Below are positions 37,089 to 50,856 of a DNA stretch of 64,000 nt, piece by piece. Positions within the stretch are counted from its first letter, which is position 1. Every line of letters begins with the position of its first letter. The translations under genes and the position numbers were made by a program. The notes under the pieces are model-generated. The model saw nothing but the letters and a program-made list of their open reading frames with translations. It ran no database searches and had not been told where the DNA came from. The DNA is taken from assembly GCF_006345805.1 (NCBI RefSeq), contig NC_043012.1:25172001-25236000 (forward strand). The letters are read 5' to 3'. The stretch is from Octopus sinensis. Its lineage: Eukaryota.

Positions 37089-37829
37089 TAATAATAATAG
37101 ATACAGTTATGTTTGCACCAAGTCCATCCTTTCAAGATCAAAATAACTATGAGTTTAGAAATACTGACCACTAGGTAATGATAATTTAGATTAATTCGAT
37201 TGACTAGTGGTTTGAAATTTAAATCACAAAAGAAATTATACGGTTGGTTAGTCAAGGAACGCCAATATTCACACGCGCATCCACAGATCAATCACACATA
37301 GACACATAATTATATGTATACACATACACTTATACACATACATAACCACAAGCAACAACTAGCACATAGATAAACAAAAAGGGAAGCAACTATGCTGCCA
37401 TTTAGTCCTTCAAAATTATAACTATGCCTCAAATAACAAAAATGATCCACTCATGCATTTCATAAAATATTTAATTTAAAGATAGAAATATATTTTTAAA
37501 TATTAGTATGTTACGAAGTCAGATACTATTTCATTGGGTAACTTAAAATTTATAACACCGGTTTGTTGCATAGTAAACATACGGTTGTTAGATTTACCGT
37601 AAGTTTGTTATGATTCCAAGTACGCTAAGTTATAAAATATAAAATATATATTAATATATATTAATTTATATATTATAAATATATCTCTTATTTACTTAAT
37701 AAATTTAATGCCATAATACACCAGATTAGGCATTAAATAATATCAACAAGGGGAAGTACTAATGCAAACGCATATGAGAACATCACAGAAATTTTTTAAA
37801 AAATTTATATTATAAATACTTAAGATAAA

Positions 37830-38097
37830 ATCTCGCGGTTGTAGTATCACGGTTTTGATTCCCAGACCGGGCGTTGTGAGTGTTTATTGAGCAAAAACAC
37901 CTAAAGCTCCACGTCGCTCCAGCAGGTAGTGGTGGCGATCCCTGCTGTGCTCTTTCACCACAACTTTCTCTCACTCTTTCTTCTTTTGGCCTGACGCTTA
38001 GCCAGCGGGGTGGCGTCATTTGAAGGCTAAAACAACGTGAAGCGCATTGTGACCAGCGATGTGTAGCAACATCTGATAGCCTGGTCGGTCACGGTGA
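37830..38097 (+). mobile_element. SINE head D with tail type 2, 5'-truncated
   Basis: Matches the reverse of 10868-11165. Confidence 0.8.
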
Positions 38098-38356
38098 TAT
38101 ATATATATATATATATATATAAATTCCACGCCTTTAGGCTTTGTTCTCATTTATCTACCGCACTTCATTTCTCCACTCTTGGTTTTCTGCTAATTTCTTT
38201 CTTTCCCCTCCTTCCCTTTTTCTAAAATGCATTTAATTTCAAATCTATTAATGGTAATAAAAAAAATAATAATAACTTACCAGCGTTCCCTTCATAATAT
38301 ACGCAGTCATCACATTCGGTTAAAATGATTTATTATGCTTTGTTTCTCCTTTTTTA

Positions 38357-38442
38357 CCCCCTGATGAGAATATCGCATTGTTTTACATCATATTATTCTT
38401 TCTGGAATAATACCAATGTTTCCTTCGAAATATATGTCGGAA
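38357..38442 (+). ncRNA. Hammerhead motif with 59-nt helix II
   Basis: CC-CTGATGA-GAA..CATTG..TATTATTC/GAATAATA..CAATG..TTC-GAAA-TATATG-TC-GG; stem I only 2 bp. Confidence 0.55.
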
Positions 38443-38659
38443 TTATAAAGATTTGAATAACCCCTACGTTTAACTCCATTTCTTTATTTATCTGTTATAC
38501 AAAAACATTTCACTGAACCCTGGAATTTCTACCGTTATAAGTAGGCTGTAACATCCTTGGTACTTATGTGAATTTTCTGCTACCCTGGTTACTATTTATT
38601 TATTTTTCTTGTTATTAGCACACATTGAAAAATTCACGTACATTTATATATATATATAT

Positions 38660-39000
38660 AAACCATATGATTCTGGGTTCATTCCCACTGTGTGGCACTT
38701 TGGGCTGGTGTCTTCTACTATAACCTCGGGCCGACCACATGAGTGGATTTGATAGATGGAAACTGAAAGAAGTCCGTCATATACATATGTATTTTTGTGT
38801 CTGTTTGTCCTCTCACCATCGCTTGACAGCCACTCTTGGTATGTTTACGTCCCCGTAACTTAACCTTTCGGCAAAAGAGACCGATAGAATAAGGACTGGG
38901 CTTATAAAGAATAAGCCCTGGAGTCGATTTGTTTGACTAAAGGCGATGCTCCAGCATGGCCGCAGTCACATGACTGAAACATTTAAAAGAAAAGAATAAA
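38660..39000 (+). mobile_element. SINE family B, 5'-degenerate
   Basis: Family core and tail. Confidence 0.8.
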
Positions 39001-39064
39001 AAGATAAAAATCATTTACGCAGGTCGTTCAGCAGAAACTAAACACTCATACGTCGAGTTCGTGC

Positions 39065-39310
39065 AGGCGCGCGTAGCTTTATGGTCAGGGTGCTGGACTC
39101 ATGATCGCAAGATTGTTTTCGACTCCTGGACAGGATGACGCGTTGTGTTCTTGAGCCAAACACTTCATTTCACGTTGATCCAGTCCACGCAGCTGGCAAA
39201 AGTGAGTAATTCTGCGACACACTGGCGTCCCATCCCAGTGCGGAACCTACACGCCTTGAAACCGTGAAACCAACTCTTGCGAGTCGATATGATTCAAGAA
39301 GGTAACCTTT
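39065..39310 (+). mobile_element. SINE head A with the tail type seen at 3106/3338
   Basis: GTGTTCTTGAGCCAAACAC..CTGCGACACACTGGCGTCCCATCC..GAAACCGTGAAACC. Confidence 0.75.
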
Positions 39311-39452
39311 ACCTATAAGTTGAGAGTGCATCATGTGTATGAAATATTTTATAATAACTGTTTCAACGTATTACTAAAACGCGGCACTAAACATGTGTAA
39401 ATAGGGTCAATGTATTCTTGACTCCAAATTCTTGCCTGCCTATATAATGAAA

Positions 39453-39676
39453 GGCGGTGAGACGGCAGAAACGTTAACACGCCGGGCGAAATACTTTGCG
39501 GTTTTTCGTCTGTCTTTACGTTCTGAGTTCAAATTCCACCAAGATAGATTTTGACTTTCATCCTTTCGGGGTCGATTAAATAAATACCAGTTATGCACTG
39601 GGGTCGATGTAATCGACTTAATCCCTTGTTTGTTCCCTCTATGTTTAGCCCTCTGTGGGCAATAAATAAATAAATA
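39453..39676 (+). mobile_element. SINE family C with 12-bp TSD
   Basis: TATATAATGAAA at 39441-39452 and 39677-39688. Confidence 0.88.
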
Positions 39677-40370
39677 TATATAATGAAAATCCACCCTTCC
39701 AAGTTTTTCTTTGATGTTTTTATTTAACTGTCCACAAATTACAATCGCTCCCTACTTAATTCTCTCATTGAACAACTTCAGGACACTGGCACTTTGTACG
39801 TTTTTAAATATTGGTATTTTCATTTGTATTCCCATCTTCACTTCACGAGAAACAATGTAGCATTCAACATGTTGTTACGTCACTCTGTTTTGAGAAGTTA
39901 CCTGAGGAAATTAGAAGTTCTTTAGTGCAGTACGTAACGTGAATAATTGAAATGTCTTTGCATCAAAATGGAAATTCTAACGAAACATTTGTAGCAACAC
40001 TCGGAAATCCTTTCATTTATAGTATGAATATATATATATATGTGCGTGTGTGTGTGCGTGTGTGTGGGTGTGTGTGTGGGTGTGTGTGTGTGCGCGCGCG
40101 TGTGTGTGTGTGCCCGCGTGCGTATAAGTGGTTTACTGCTCCACATATAGGAATATGGGAAAATTGGTTTTGTTCTTGAAAATGCACCTGAGTCTTAAAG
40201 CGAATTTTAGTTTTGTGATGTTTCAATTTATTATTTCCACATTAAAGACATTTTTCATACTCACACGTAAAAACGCACTGAGGTACACATACACACACCC
40301 TCACATACACAAGCACACGTATATTCAGAGAAATACTCTCGCAGACAAAGATACATATGTGTATTTAAAC

Positions 40371-40411
<41 letters not shown>

Positions 40412-40995
40412 CATACATACGTACAATTATATATATATATAAATTACAATATGGGCAAATAGTGTTAAATTGGATATATATTTTCGTTGACTCAGCTTCA
40501 CGTTGCAAATAATGTTCCTGGAAAGGGCATAACACATCTAGAACGATAAGAACTCAGAAACAGATTGGAAGAACCATATCTTTCGAGAAATTCTAACCTA
40601 AAATTACAAAAGAATCGTATGATGTAATAACCTTTGATTCATTTGATAATTTAAAAAAGAAAAAAAGAATCAGATCTAATTTATACTGAAAAACAACAAA
40701 AGTCTTGTGATTCCGAATATATACGCAAAAAAGTCTAAAATCTTGAAAGGCAGAGTAGTGAGTATAAAAACTGATAGAAATTAATGTTCCCCTCTGTTAT
40801 TGCTGTCATATCTAAAACGACCTTGCAGAATATAGAGAAAAGAGAACAACGCTATAACAATGATATATAAGAATAACAGTGAAGATATTATGGTACATAC
40901 ACGGATGGATAGAAAAAGACATGTGGTCTTTTGAATAGGAAAACATTGATAATATACATGTATACTATAAACTAGATATATTATATTTTATATAA

Positions 40996-41370
40996 TACTA
41001 GCAGTATCGCCCGGCGTTGCTCAGGTTTGTAAGGGAAATAACTATGAAGCATTTTTAGAGAGTTATAGCCAAAAAATAGCAAAAAAATGGAAAAAAAATT
41101 ATGGTAAATTTTTTGAGTTAAAAAGGTAGAGTTGCGTCCCCTAGACGGTCTGTGGTTTGGGTTTCTAATTCTCGACCCTATGTCGAATTATCGATTTTTT
41201 TCAGAACTGGGGGAACTTTTCAAAATTTTCGCTGCGTTAGTTTGAATATGACATTATACGTGTGTGTCAAGTTTCATCAGAATCGGTTGAAAGCCGTGGT
41301 CAGAGTGAGGGTACGAGAAAACAGACACACAGAAACACGCACAGACAAACTGCCGTATATAGAGAGAGAT
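40996..41370 (+). mobile_element. Helitron/Helentron-associated (HINE/Lep1-like) element
   Basis: Starts TACTAGCAGTATCGCCCGGCGTTGCTC; 3' AAGTTTCATCAGAATCGG, (ACAG)-like repeats, TATATAGA end. Confidence 0.6.
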
Positions 41371-41639
41371 AATATACATACACATACACACACAGACAAC
41401 TATACAACTATACATAAACTATATATGTAAACGCAAAGGTGTACCTGCAGATATTTAAATACAAACACATTTACATATTTAAATATTTATCTATTTAAAA
41501 TATATATACTCGGAAAACGTTGCCGTGAGGTGTACACAGTATGAAACAGATATTAATCAATATTTCAAAATGTCTACTTATAATAGTCATTTACGTTTCG
41601 TCTTTGCTCCAAAACATCTGTTACCCGTCTTAAATCATC

Positions 41640-42667
41640 TGACAACTTCCTTTCTCTCCATCTCCATCTCCATAGCTTCTTCACTCCCCACTTGCTCCTT
41701 CCATATTCTCCTCTTCCTCTTACCCTTATCCTACCCCTTGCTTTTATATTCATTTTATCTTTTCTTCTCTTTCGTTTTCCCTTTTATTTCACTACAGTTT
41801 CTTCCCCCACTTTCTCTTTCGCCCTATCTCCTTTCTCTCTCTCTCTCCCCCTCTCTCTCTCGCTTTATCTCTCTCCCTCTTTCTGCCTTTCTATTTCTCT
41901 CTTTTCTGTTGGTCTTTCTCGCTATCTTTCTTTCTGCCTTTCTGTCTATCTTTACTTTTCTTTTTCTCTTTATCTTTCTTTCTCTCGGACTTCCTCACTC
42001 TCTATTTCTCTTTCTTTCTCTCCTTCTTTCTCTGTCTGTCTGCCTCTCTGTCTCTCTCGCTCTCTCGCTCTCTCTCTCTCTCTCACTCTCTTTCTTTGGC
42101 TATCTCTCTAACACTTTGACTCTCATCTTCCTTTCTTTTTCCCCTTATTCTCTCCTATCTCTTTCACATCTTTAATTATTATTTCGTATCTTCTTTTCCT
42201 CTTCTTTCCCTTTATCTTCCTCCGATTTCCTCTCTCTCTCTCTCTCTCCCTTTCTCTTTCACTCTCTTTCGCCCTCTCTTTCTCTGTCTGTCTATCTGTT
42301 TCTCTCTCTCTCTCATTTTTATTCCTGCAGTCACTCACATTCTCTCCCTTTCTCTTTCTTCTTCGTTCTTATACATTTCGTTTTCCCCCCACCTCTCTCT
42401 CTCTCTCTCTATTTTCATCATTTTTAATATTCACTTATAATATTCCTTCGTTCCTTCTCCGTTTTCATTCTCATCATTTTCACTTCTTTGTCTTCTTTGT
42501 TCTTTTCACTTTTCCTCTTTTCTCCACACATTCTCTACTTCACCCATTCTCTATTTCATCCAGCATTTTCATTTACTTATTTCAGTTTACATTCTCTGAT
42601 TTTTTGCCTTGTGAACAACCCACCTGCCCACCCAAACACCAAACCAACCTGTCTGTCTATCAGTCTG

Positions 42668-42745
<78 letters not shown>

Positions 42746-42922
42746 CACCTACCTATTTATCTATCTATCTACCTACTTGTCTATCTATGTATCTATCAAT
42801 CTAGCTACCTACCTACCTACCTACCTACTTACCTACCTACCTACCTACCTACCTACCTACCTACCTACCTACTTGTCTCTCTGTCTGTCTATCCATCTAT
42901 CTATCCATCTATCTATCTATCC

Positions 42923-43015
<93 letters not shown>

Positions 43016-43035
43016 ACTATCTATCTATCTATCTC
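41640..43035. repeat. Pyrimidine-rich (CT)n low-complexity tract followed by (TCTA)n/(CTAC)n
   Basis: Directly visible. Confidence 0.95.
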
Positions 43036-43461
43036 ATTGTTTCTTTATTTTCTCCATTTCAACTTTTCCTCATGTAACTTTAGTGATATTTATCTCTACA
43101 ATAATTATTTTTTCTCTTTCTCCTTCTGCAACCCTTTTATTGTGTGCTTTCTCACCATTTTAGTATATTCTGTGTTTTAATCTTCTTCAGAGGATTTTCT
43201 TTAACGTTATTCTAAATAAACTGCATTGTGCTTCAAAATATCTGTGAAACCCCTAGGACAGGAAACAGCTGTGACCAAAATAATCTGTTGTTTGCTTTTA
43301 TGTCTTTAAAACCTAATATATACATACTTTAAAAAACTAGCGAATACTCTTCCTCAATCTGTGTCTGTGTTTATGCGTATGTGCCTGTGTTTTGTGTGTG
43401 TGTGTGTGTGTGTGTATGTGACTATACTAAGGTGCGTTAAAATGTAATCTCACTCTCTCTT

Positions 43462-43535
<74 letters not shown>

Positions 43536-43777
43536 TGTAAATAAGTAACAAGGCTGTACAGATGTTACGTATTTGCATTCTCTTCACACAACTTGGAGTT
43601 GTGCAGATATACCGAACTGACATGGTGCCTCAATTTAAGTACCTAAGTATTAATTATATTTTATGTATATGTGTATGAGAGAAAAGAGAGAAATAGAAAG
43701 GCATATATGTGTATAAAGAGAGAAATAGAAAGGCATATATGTATATATGTATGTATGTATATATATGTATTATATAT

Positions 43778-44242
43778 GGAGATGTGAGGGATCTTGAAGA
43801 CGTGAGGGATCAGGTAGACGATGAGCGATCCGGAAGACGTGAGGGATCTGGAAGACGTGAGGGATCTGGAAGACGTGAAGGATCTGGAAGACGTGAGGGA
43901 TCTGGAAGACGTGAGGGATCTGGCAGACGTGAGGGATCTAGCAGTCGATGAGGTATGTGGAAGACGTGAGGGATCTGGAAGACCTGAGGGATTTGGAAGA
44001 AGTGAGAGATCTGGAAGACATGAGGGATGTGGAAGACGTGAGGGGTCCGGAAGGCAATGAGCGATCTGAAGGACGTGAGGGATCTCGAAGATGATGAGTG
44101 ATCTGCAAGTCGTGAGGTATCTGGAAGACCTGAGGTATCTGGAAGACGATGAGCGATCTGGAAGACATGAAGGATCTGGAAGTGGATGAGCGATCTGGAG
44201 GACGATGAGCGATCTGTAGGTCGATGAGCGATCTGGAGGACA
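43778..44242 (+). repeat. 18/19-bp minisatellite, ~25 units (GGAAGACGTGAGGGATCT / GGAAGACGATGAGCGATCT)
   Basis: Directly visible; runs straight into mariner sequence. Confidence 0.95.
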
Positions 44243-44758
44243 TGCTATGAGCGTCACCCCCGGAAATGTGGTATTGTACGTCGAGAATTCTTGTTTCGGG
44301 GCTAGAACACCGATTGAAAGTTCTACTGCGATGTTTTGAAGTGTTCCAAGGAGACCATTTGGCCACAGCACACAAATCTGTGGAGCGCGAAGAACTGGAT
44401 TCTTCAGGACCACAATGCGTCCTGTCACCGAGCTTTCTTCACTCGTGAGTGTCTCGCAAAGAGCAACATGGCAGCGCTTCCGCACCCGCTCTCTTCACCG
44501 GATTTAGCACCTGCGGACTTGCATCTTCCTTCAAGATGGCAATGCAGCTGAAAGGTCGCCGTTTTAAGATTCAGAGCAAATCGCAGATGGTTCTCAACTC
44601 GCTTACGAAAAATAACTTCCAAGCCGTATTCCGAAAATCGAAAGAACGTCGGAAGCTGCATAAGGTAACTATTTCGAAGACGGTAATGCTAAAAGTTAGG
44701 TAAATAAGTTATTTTTAATTAAACAATACTAATGCAGTAACCTTTTGATACCATCTCG
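44140..44758 (+). mobile_element. Non-autonomous mariner, 3' part
   Basis: AKNWILQDHNASCHR, LPHPLSSPDLAPADL, LKGRRF; right TIR CTTTTGATACCATCTCG-TA. Confidence 0.85.
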
Positions 44759-44871
44759 TATTTTTATATATACATAATCGAATACATTGATATAGATTTA
44801 CAGATGTGTTCATGTACATATATATATATACATACGTACAAACATAGACACATACATACATATAATTGTAC

Positions 44872-44922
<51 letters not shown>

Positions 44923-45979
44923 ATATATAATATATATATATATAGTTATGTGTGTGTGCTTGAGTATGCATATGCGTGTGTATGTCTCTCTCTCTATATA
45001 TATATCCATACAAGCATACATGTGTTTATATATATATATGTTTATGTGACTTTGTGTGCCTGTATGCTTGTGTGTGAGTGAGTATATTTATGCGGTCGTG
45101 TGTGTGGTATATATTATAACAACTAATATAATTGTCCGTTTAAGGAATTAATCATTTAGAATGGAGAGTATATCACATTTATTCAGAACAATATTTTACG
45201 GTCTGAGAGATCGTTACGCTATATGACTGCCTTTCAGATATTTATTTGCTCTCAGAGAAGTATTTATACTGAATATATAAGCGTAAAAAGAAAAAAAAAA
45301 AGAAGCCAAACCCATCTAACATTAAAACAAACACATGTAGAAGTATGAATAAACGTTGTTGTGGGAGAAGAAGAAAAAGAATAGAGGATGATGAATGGGA
45401 ATATAATTAGAAACGGGAATAGAGGTAGAGAAATACGAAGGAATAACTATAAGATTTGTACGAGTCAAAGAACGAAGGAGATACAGTCAGGATGCTACGT
45501 TAAGGGGATATGAAAAATCGATCGAATTTATTTATCATGTTCAACTAATCGAATGATGTTATTGTTTATATAAACAAATTCGACAGTTCATTAGCTAAGG
45601 CGTATTAGTTCTTTTTATAGGAAATTATCTTATACCAGAGTTGACGGTTCATACAAAATCGATTTAATAATTCGCGTCTAAAATAAATGTCGTTAGACTA
45701 AAAACAATGCTTCCTGTCTTATGGAATTGTATATTTCGGTCCGTTAAAAGAGTATGTCCGTTGTGTTGCATTATTTCGTTATGAGTACATTTAATTTAAT
45801 TAGAGACTTATTTGATTTAATTCTAAATGGACGAACATAGTAATTTCGGGTTGCCGAACTCAAATTAGCGAGCATGTATAAGGAAACAAATAATATATAT
45901 TAGTGGCAGAGGCAGTATTAATAGCTACAGGCAATATTTATTCCCACTTAATCATGGATGTTCTGTTAGAGTCAATGAG

Positions 45980-46212
45980 ATGCGGCAGTTACGAAAGGAA
46001 CTCTCATACTGGCTGTCGCTGCAAAACTCACTCTTAGCGGGCAGATAAATTAGCGCAAAATCCGCAGCCTCCATCAGTGACAAAACCAAGTAAGGTCGAA
46101 AGCACGTGATTTGGTGTTCTCAGCGCTGGAGCTGGCGCGGATTTATCTTACTGCTAAGAGTGCATTTTGCTCTAAAAGCCAATATAAATTCCTCTCATGG
46201 TAACTACTGCAG
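45980..46212. repeat. Old diverged inverted repeat
   Basis: CACTCTTAGC..AGATAAAT / ATTTATCT..GCTAAGAGTG; GCAGTTAC / GTAACTAC. Confidence 0.6.
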
Positions 46213-46236
46213 TATAGTTTGTTCTGACACGACAAA

Positions 46237-46290
<54 letters not shown>

Positions 46291-46299
46291 TATATATAT

Positions 46300-46352
<53 letters not shown>

Positions 46353-46506
46353 GTCTGTATATGTGTCCGTATATCTGTATGCTCGTCTGACTGTCTATGT
46401 AGCTATCACCATGTGTGTGTGTGTGCCTGTACAAATACACACGCGAATATATATATACATGCACATATATATACATATACTACATATATGTATATATATA
46501 TATATT

Positions 46507-46568
<62 letters not shown>

Positions 46569-47306
46569 TGTATGTATGTATGAAATTATATAACTACACA
46601 TATGCATACACAGGTACACGCACACACGCATACATGCACATATACATATGTATGCATTCTTCACTTTGAGGCAAAGCGAGAAATTGCTCAATACTTAATA
46701 CAGAATATTATTAAATAACTTTACGATTTTGCACATTTATTCGAACGAGGAGATTTTACTTTTATTCATGGATTTAGATCCTTGTATACAAGGCGTTTTT
46801 CTTTGTTAGACTTATAAGCCCTAACACCATTTTGATACAATATATTTGAAGTACACCAGTTGTATTACAAACCCTTCCAAATGTATTTTGTATTAAAGAC
46901 ACAGTTCTATTCACATTCTTGTGGTTGCCTAGTGTTGCTATATATTCGGTCGTGTTTGGAGATGTTCCAGCTGTCGCCATTGAATCACCTATAATTGGAT
47001 GTTAGAAAACGTTTCATAAACATATGCAAGGTGCAAGGAATGTAGTTATCACTGAAAGAAACTTTCCCGCTAATTGTAGCATTTCAATATCTAGAATAAT
47101 GAAGTGAGAAGCAAGCTAATTTCAAATAGAATTCATAAGTTATATTGTTTGCCACAGCTGTTTCAATGGGGGGAAAACATCATACACGTATCACCAGGCA
47201 ATTAAGAAACGTCATTATATAGAGAGTATGTTGTAATATAAACATGTGAATATATTTTGGTATATGTTATATGCATGTAGATTTACCTATTTATCTATCA
47301 TCTATC

Positions 47307-47396
<90 letters not shown>

Positions 47397-47401
47397 GTAT
47401 A

Positions 47402-47444
<43 letters not shown>

Positions 47445-47578
47445 GTATATAATATAATATGATATAATATATATAATATGTATATAAAATAATATAATAT
47501 AATATATATGTATATGTATATAATATATATATATATAATATATTATGTTCATCTCTTATGTGTTTACATGTTCACGGT

Positions 47579-47619
<41 letters not shown>

Positions 47620-47621
<2 letters not shown>

Positions 47622-47746
47622 TAAAGATTTTTCTCAGAATGAGATAAAAAACCCAATGGCTGTGGAGATTTTAGAACATTTATAAATGTTTTATAAGTAT
47701 TCTAGAATCGTCACATCCTTGGTTTTTTATCTCATTCTGAAAAAAA
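47620..47746. repeat. Short fold-back between (TA)n tracts
   Basis: TCAGAATGAGATAAAAAACC / GGTTTTTTATCTCATTCTGA. Confidence 0.8.
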
Positions 47747-47944
47747 AATGTTTTATATATACACACACGCTGATATATGACCTACGTTGGACTCCGCATT
47801 CGCATAATCACCGAACTTGGAGCTTAACTATGGTCTGTCTATAGCACTTATTCAGCATTACCTGACGCCTTTGGGTCTTACCGACACCATTACCGCTCAT
47901 AACCTCTCTCTCTCTCTCTCTCTCTCTCCCTCTCTCTCTCTCTC

Positions 47945-47985
<41 letters not shown>

Positions 47986-48789
47986 TCACATTTGTTCATA
48001 TTTATACATATTTTAAAGCTCTCCCTGTTCTGCTTAATATGGGACCGGCTCTCTACAGAAATTATTGTTGCATAAAAGAATAATTGCATTGATTTAAATG
48101 TCAGCAAAACTGGTTATATTCGTGTTTTGTTTAATTTTTAACAATGGCTTCTGATTTAGGCATAAAGCCAGTAAATTTGAGGAACAGCTTTGAGTAGATA
48201 TCATCAACGCCACTACTAGACAAGTTCAATATTCTTTCAACATTATAAACGCTGTCTCATTAGCTTGCGTATAACCCTTGTTAGTGCTGCTACAGTAATT
48301 TAGTCTCAGATAATTCCTAAACTTTCACATGTATAATGCTATAACCAAAAATAACCCGTAAATTGATAACATTTATATTTCAGAGAAAGTTTTTTCCATT
48401 GAGTAATTTTCTGTGGTGCGTGATTTGTGATTTAAAGAAGATTGAGTCCAAGTGTACGTGTAATCCCCATCCCTGTGTATTACGTATATAGTGAGGAAAT
48501 CTAACCCTGTGTGCAATTATTTACAAACAGGTCGACTTAGTCAAACGGTAACTGTGTCTGGTTACTTAGTATAAAAATTACAGAGACAGAGTTTCGGTAG
48601 AAATGTGAGAAAGAAAGGCTCTCCAACTCAAAACGTAATGTTTTAAGGAAAAAAGACCAGAAAGATATGTTATAGTTGGCGAAATATGCCTTCAATCGAA
48701 CCCTAGTATTTTAAGAAAAAGGATACAGTAAATAGTGCAATCATTTTTCCTTGACAAAAACATTTTTGGATAAATAGAAAAAAATCAGC

Positions 48790-49495
48790 GCCGGTCTGGA
48801 TCACGAATTTTTTCCCCACGAGAGTTCCGGACCCCCAGTTATGAACTTATTTGCATACAGCCAATCAGAGCTCAACTATCAAACTACTGTCCATCTAGTC
48901 ACGAAAATACTCTGGTTGAGTCTAGTGGAAAATGTGCGCTATAGCAAAATCTAACCGTTCTAAACGGGTAAATTGGAGTGAAAAATGTGAAATTTAGTGT
49001 ATAAAATGAATGGAGAGCTGCTCACCGATGATGCCATAACTGTTGCTAATTTGCGTAATTTACTAGAAAATGTAAACGAGTGTGGTTTCTTAATTTTTGG
49101 ATTGATTTTCTACATTTCTAATTTAAAATGCTGATGATCTGGAAACATCGTAATCAATATGGTGTTGTGTCGTATTGCGCCCTCCTTGCATATATCAATG
49201 AGTACATGCAATATCACTATTCTAATCTGAGCATCGGTACCTAATGTTAGCTCCATATAGAGATGGTGCTCAATTCATCTATGAAGATGGTGGTGGGCGG
49301 GTTGTGGTGCTTATGTGAGACCTACGAGGTTGTACTCACAGAGTGGCATACGCCATTCTATGCCTGACTGGTTGTACTGTAGTAGTACATAGTATGTGGA
49401 TTTTCAAGGTGAGCTCCGATTGGCTGAATGCAAAGGAGTTCATTGCTGGGTTACGAAGCTCTCATGAGAAAAAAATTGATTCGCATCCGGGTCTG
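48790..49495. mobile_element. Diverged ~90-bp inverted repeats about 520 bp apart; probable ancient MITE/DNA transposon
   Basis: CCCAGTTATGAACTTATTTGCATACAGCCAATCAGAGCTC vs the reverse complement of GAGCTCCGATTGGCTGAATGCAAAGGAGTTCATTGCTGGG. Confidence 0.55.
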
Positions 49496-50080
49496 AAAAA
49501 AAAAGGGAAAATGTTGAGGAACGCAAAACAAGGATAAAAAAAACAACAGGAACAGCTACATCAGCAACAGCAACTGCAGCAATAACAGCAACAGTTTAAC
49601 AATGAGAATAAGAAACGAGAGTTTCTGAATGGGTGTCATGTGCTTCATCGATTAAGACAGTTCTGGCTTCATATTTCTATAGACAGAAAGAAATACCAGA
49701 ACAGAGTTTGATAACGTGTCACAGATATTTTTTTTTATTTTTCAGAAATTGTTATTAAGATTTTTTTAATGCAGCTGATAGCTTTTCTCACACGGCTTTA
49801 ATATTTCTGTCTCTGTGTCTGCCTGCCTGTTTGTCTACCTGTCTGTCTGTCAACATCTATATATGCATACATGTATGTATGTATGTATGTATGTATTTAT
49901 GCATTTGTGTATGTATTTGTGTATGTATATATGTTTGTATGTATATATATGTATTTGTGGATGCATGTATTTTTGTATGAATGTATGTATGTGTGCATGT
50001 ATGAATGTATTCATATATGTATGTTGTATGTTTCTACATAATGCATCTGAGAATATGTATGAATATATACATATACATAC

Positions 50081-50111
<31 letters not shown>

Positions 50112-50281
50112 CATACATATATATATATATATATATAATATATATATATATTCATATAAATACATACACATGTATATACTTATATATGTATGTGCGTGTG
50201 TGTTTTATGCGTGTATGTATCTGTAGGCGTTTATACCATTATATATCGTATAGAAATTATTCAGTATTTTTTAATATTCAC

Positions 50282-50330
<49 letters not shown>

Positions 50331-50856
50331 ATTTTCTATTTTATATTTTTATATTTGAATATATAATTTTTTTTTATATTTCTATTAATTTTTTTTCTAT
50401 CCTTGTCACATCACAGAAAATTGATTTCATGTATGGACGATTGCATTAAAGATTACCATCCAATTCACAATGTCACACTTTGTGTTTCATAATACAATTC
50501 GTTTAATATTATTTCCTGCAGCGTGGCGTCTGCCACAGAAACTTGTGAAATATTGTGGAATATTGGCTATTCTTCTCTTATTACTGTCACAGTTGCTGCT
50601 TTCAGATATCTAAATAGCGTTTATCAGCTTGATAATTCTAAAGACGAACAGAGTTCACAGAAATTGCTACTGTGACAAAGAATAAAATAAAATAAAATAA
50701 ATCAATGAAAAAAAGGTAGAGAAAACAAAAGGAAAAAGAGACTTAAATACCCACTTAAGAATTTAGAGGATAGTTTTCGCTTAGGGACATATATATATAA
50801 TCTACGGTATCGATTATTGCTTTAATGATTTACGCATTCTTGCACTCCTGCATGTA

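Noticed and set aside
41525-43180. 216-aa and 230-aa Leu/Ser-rich ORFs
   Set aside because: Low-complexity (CT)n/(TCTA)n translations.
43778-44242. Possible CRISPR-like array
   Set aside because: Contiguous tandem units with no unique spacers, no cas genes, eukaryotic context.
43661-44485. 274-aa minus-strand ORF
   Set aside because: Antisense reading of the minisatellite and mariner remnant.
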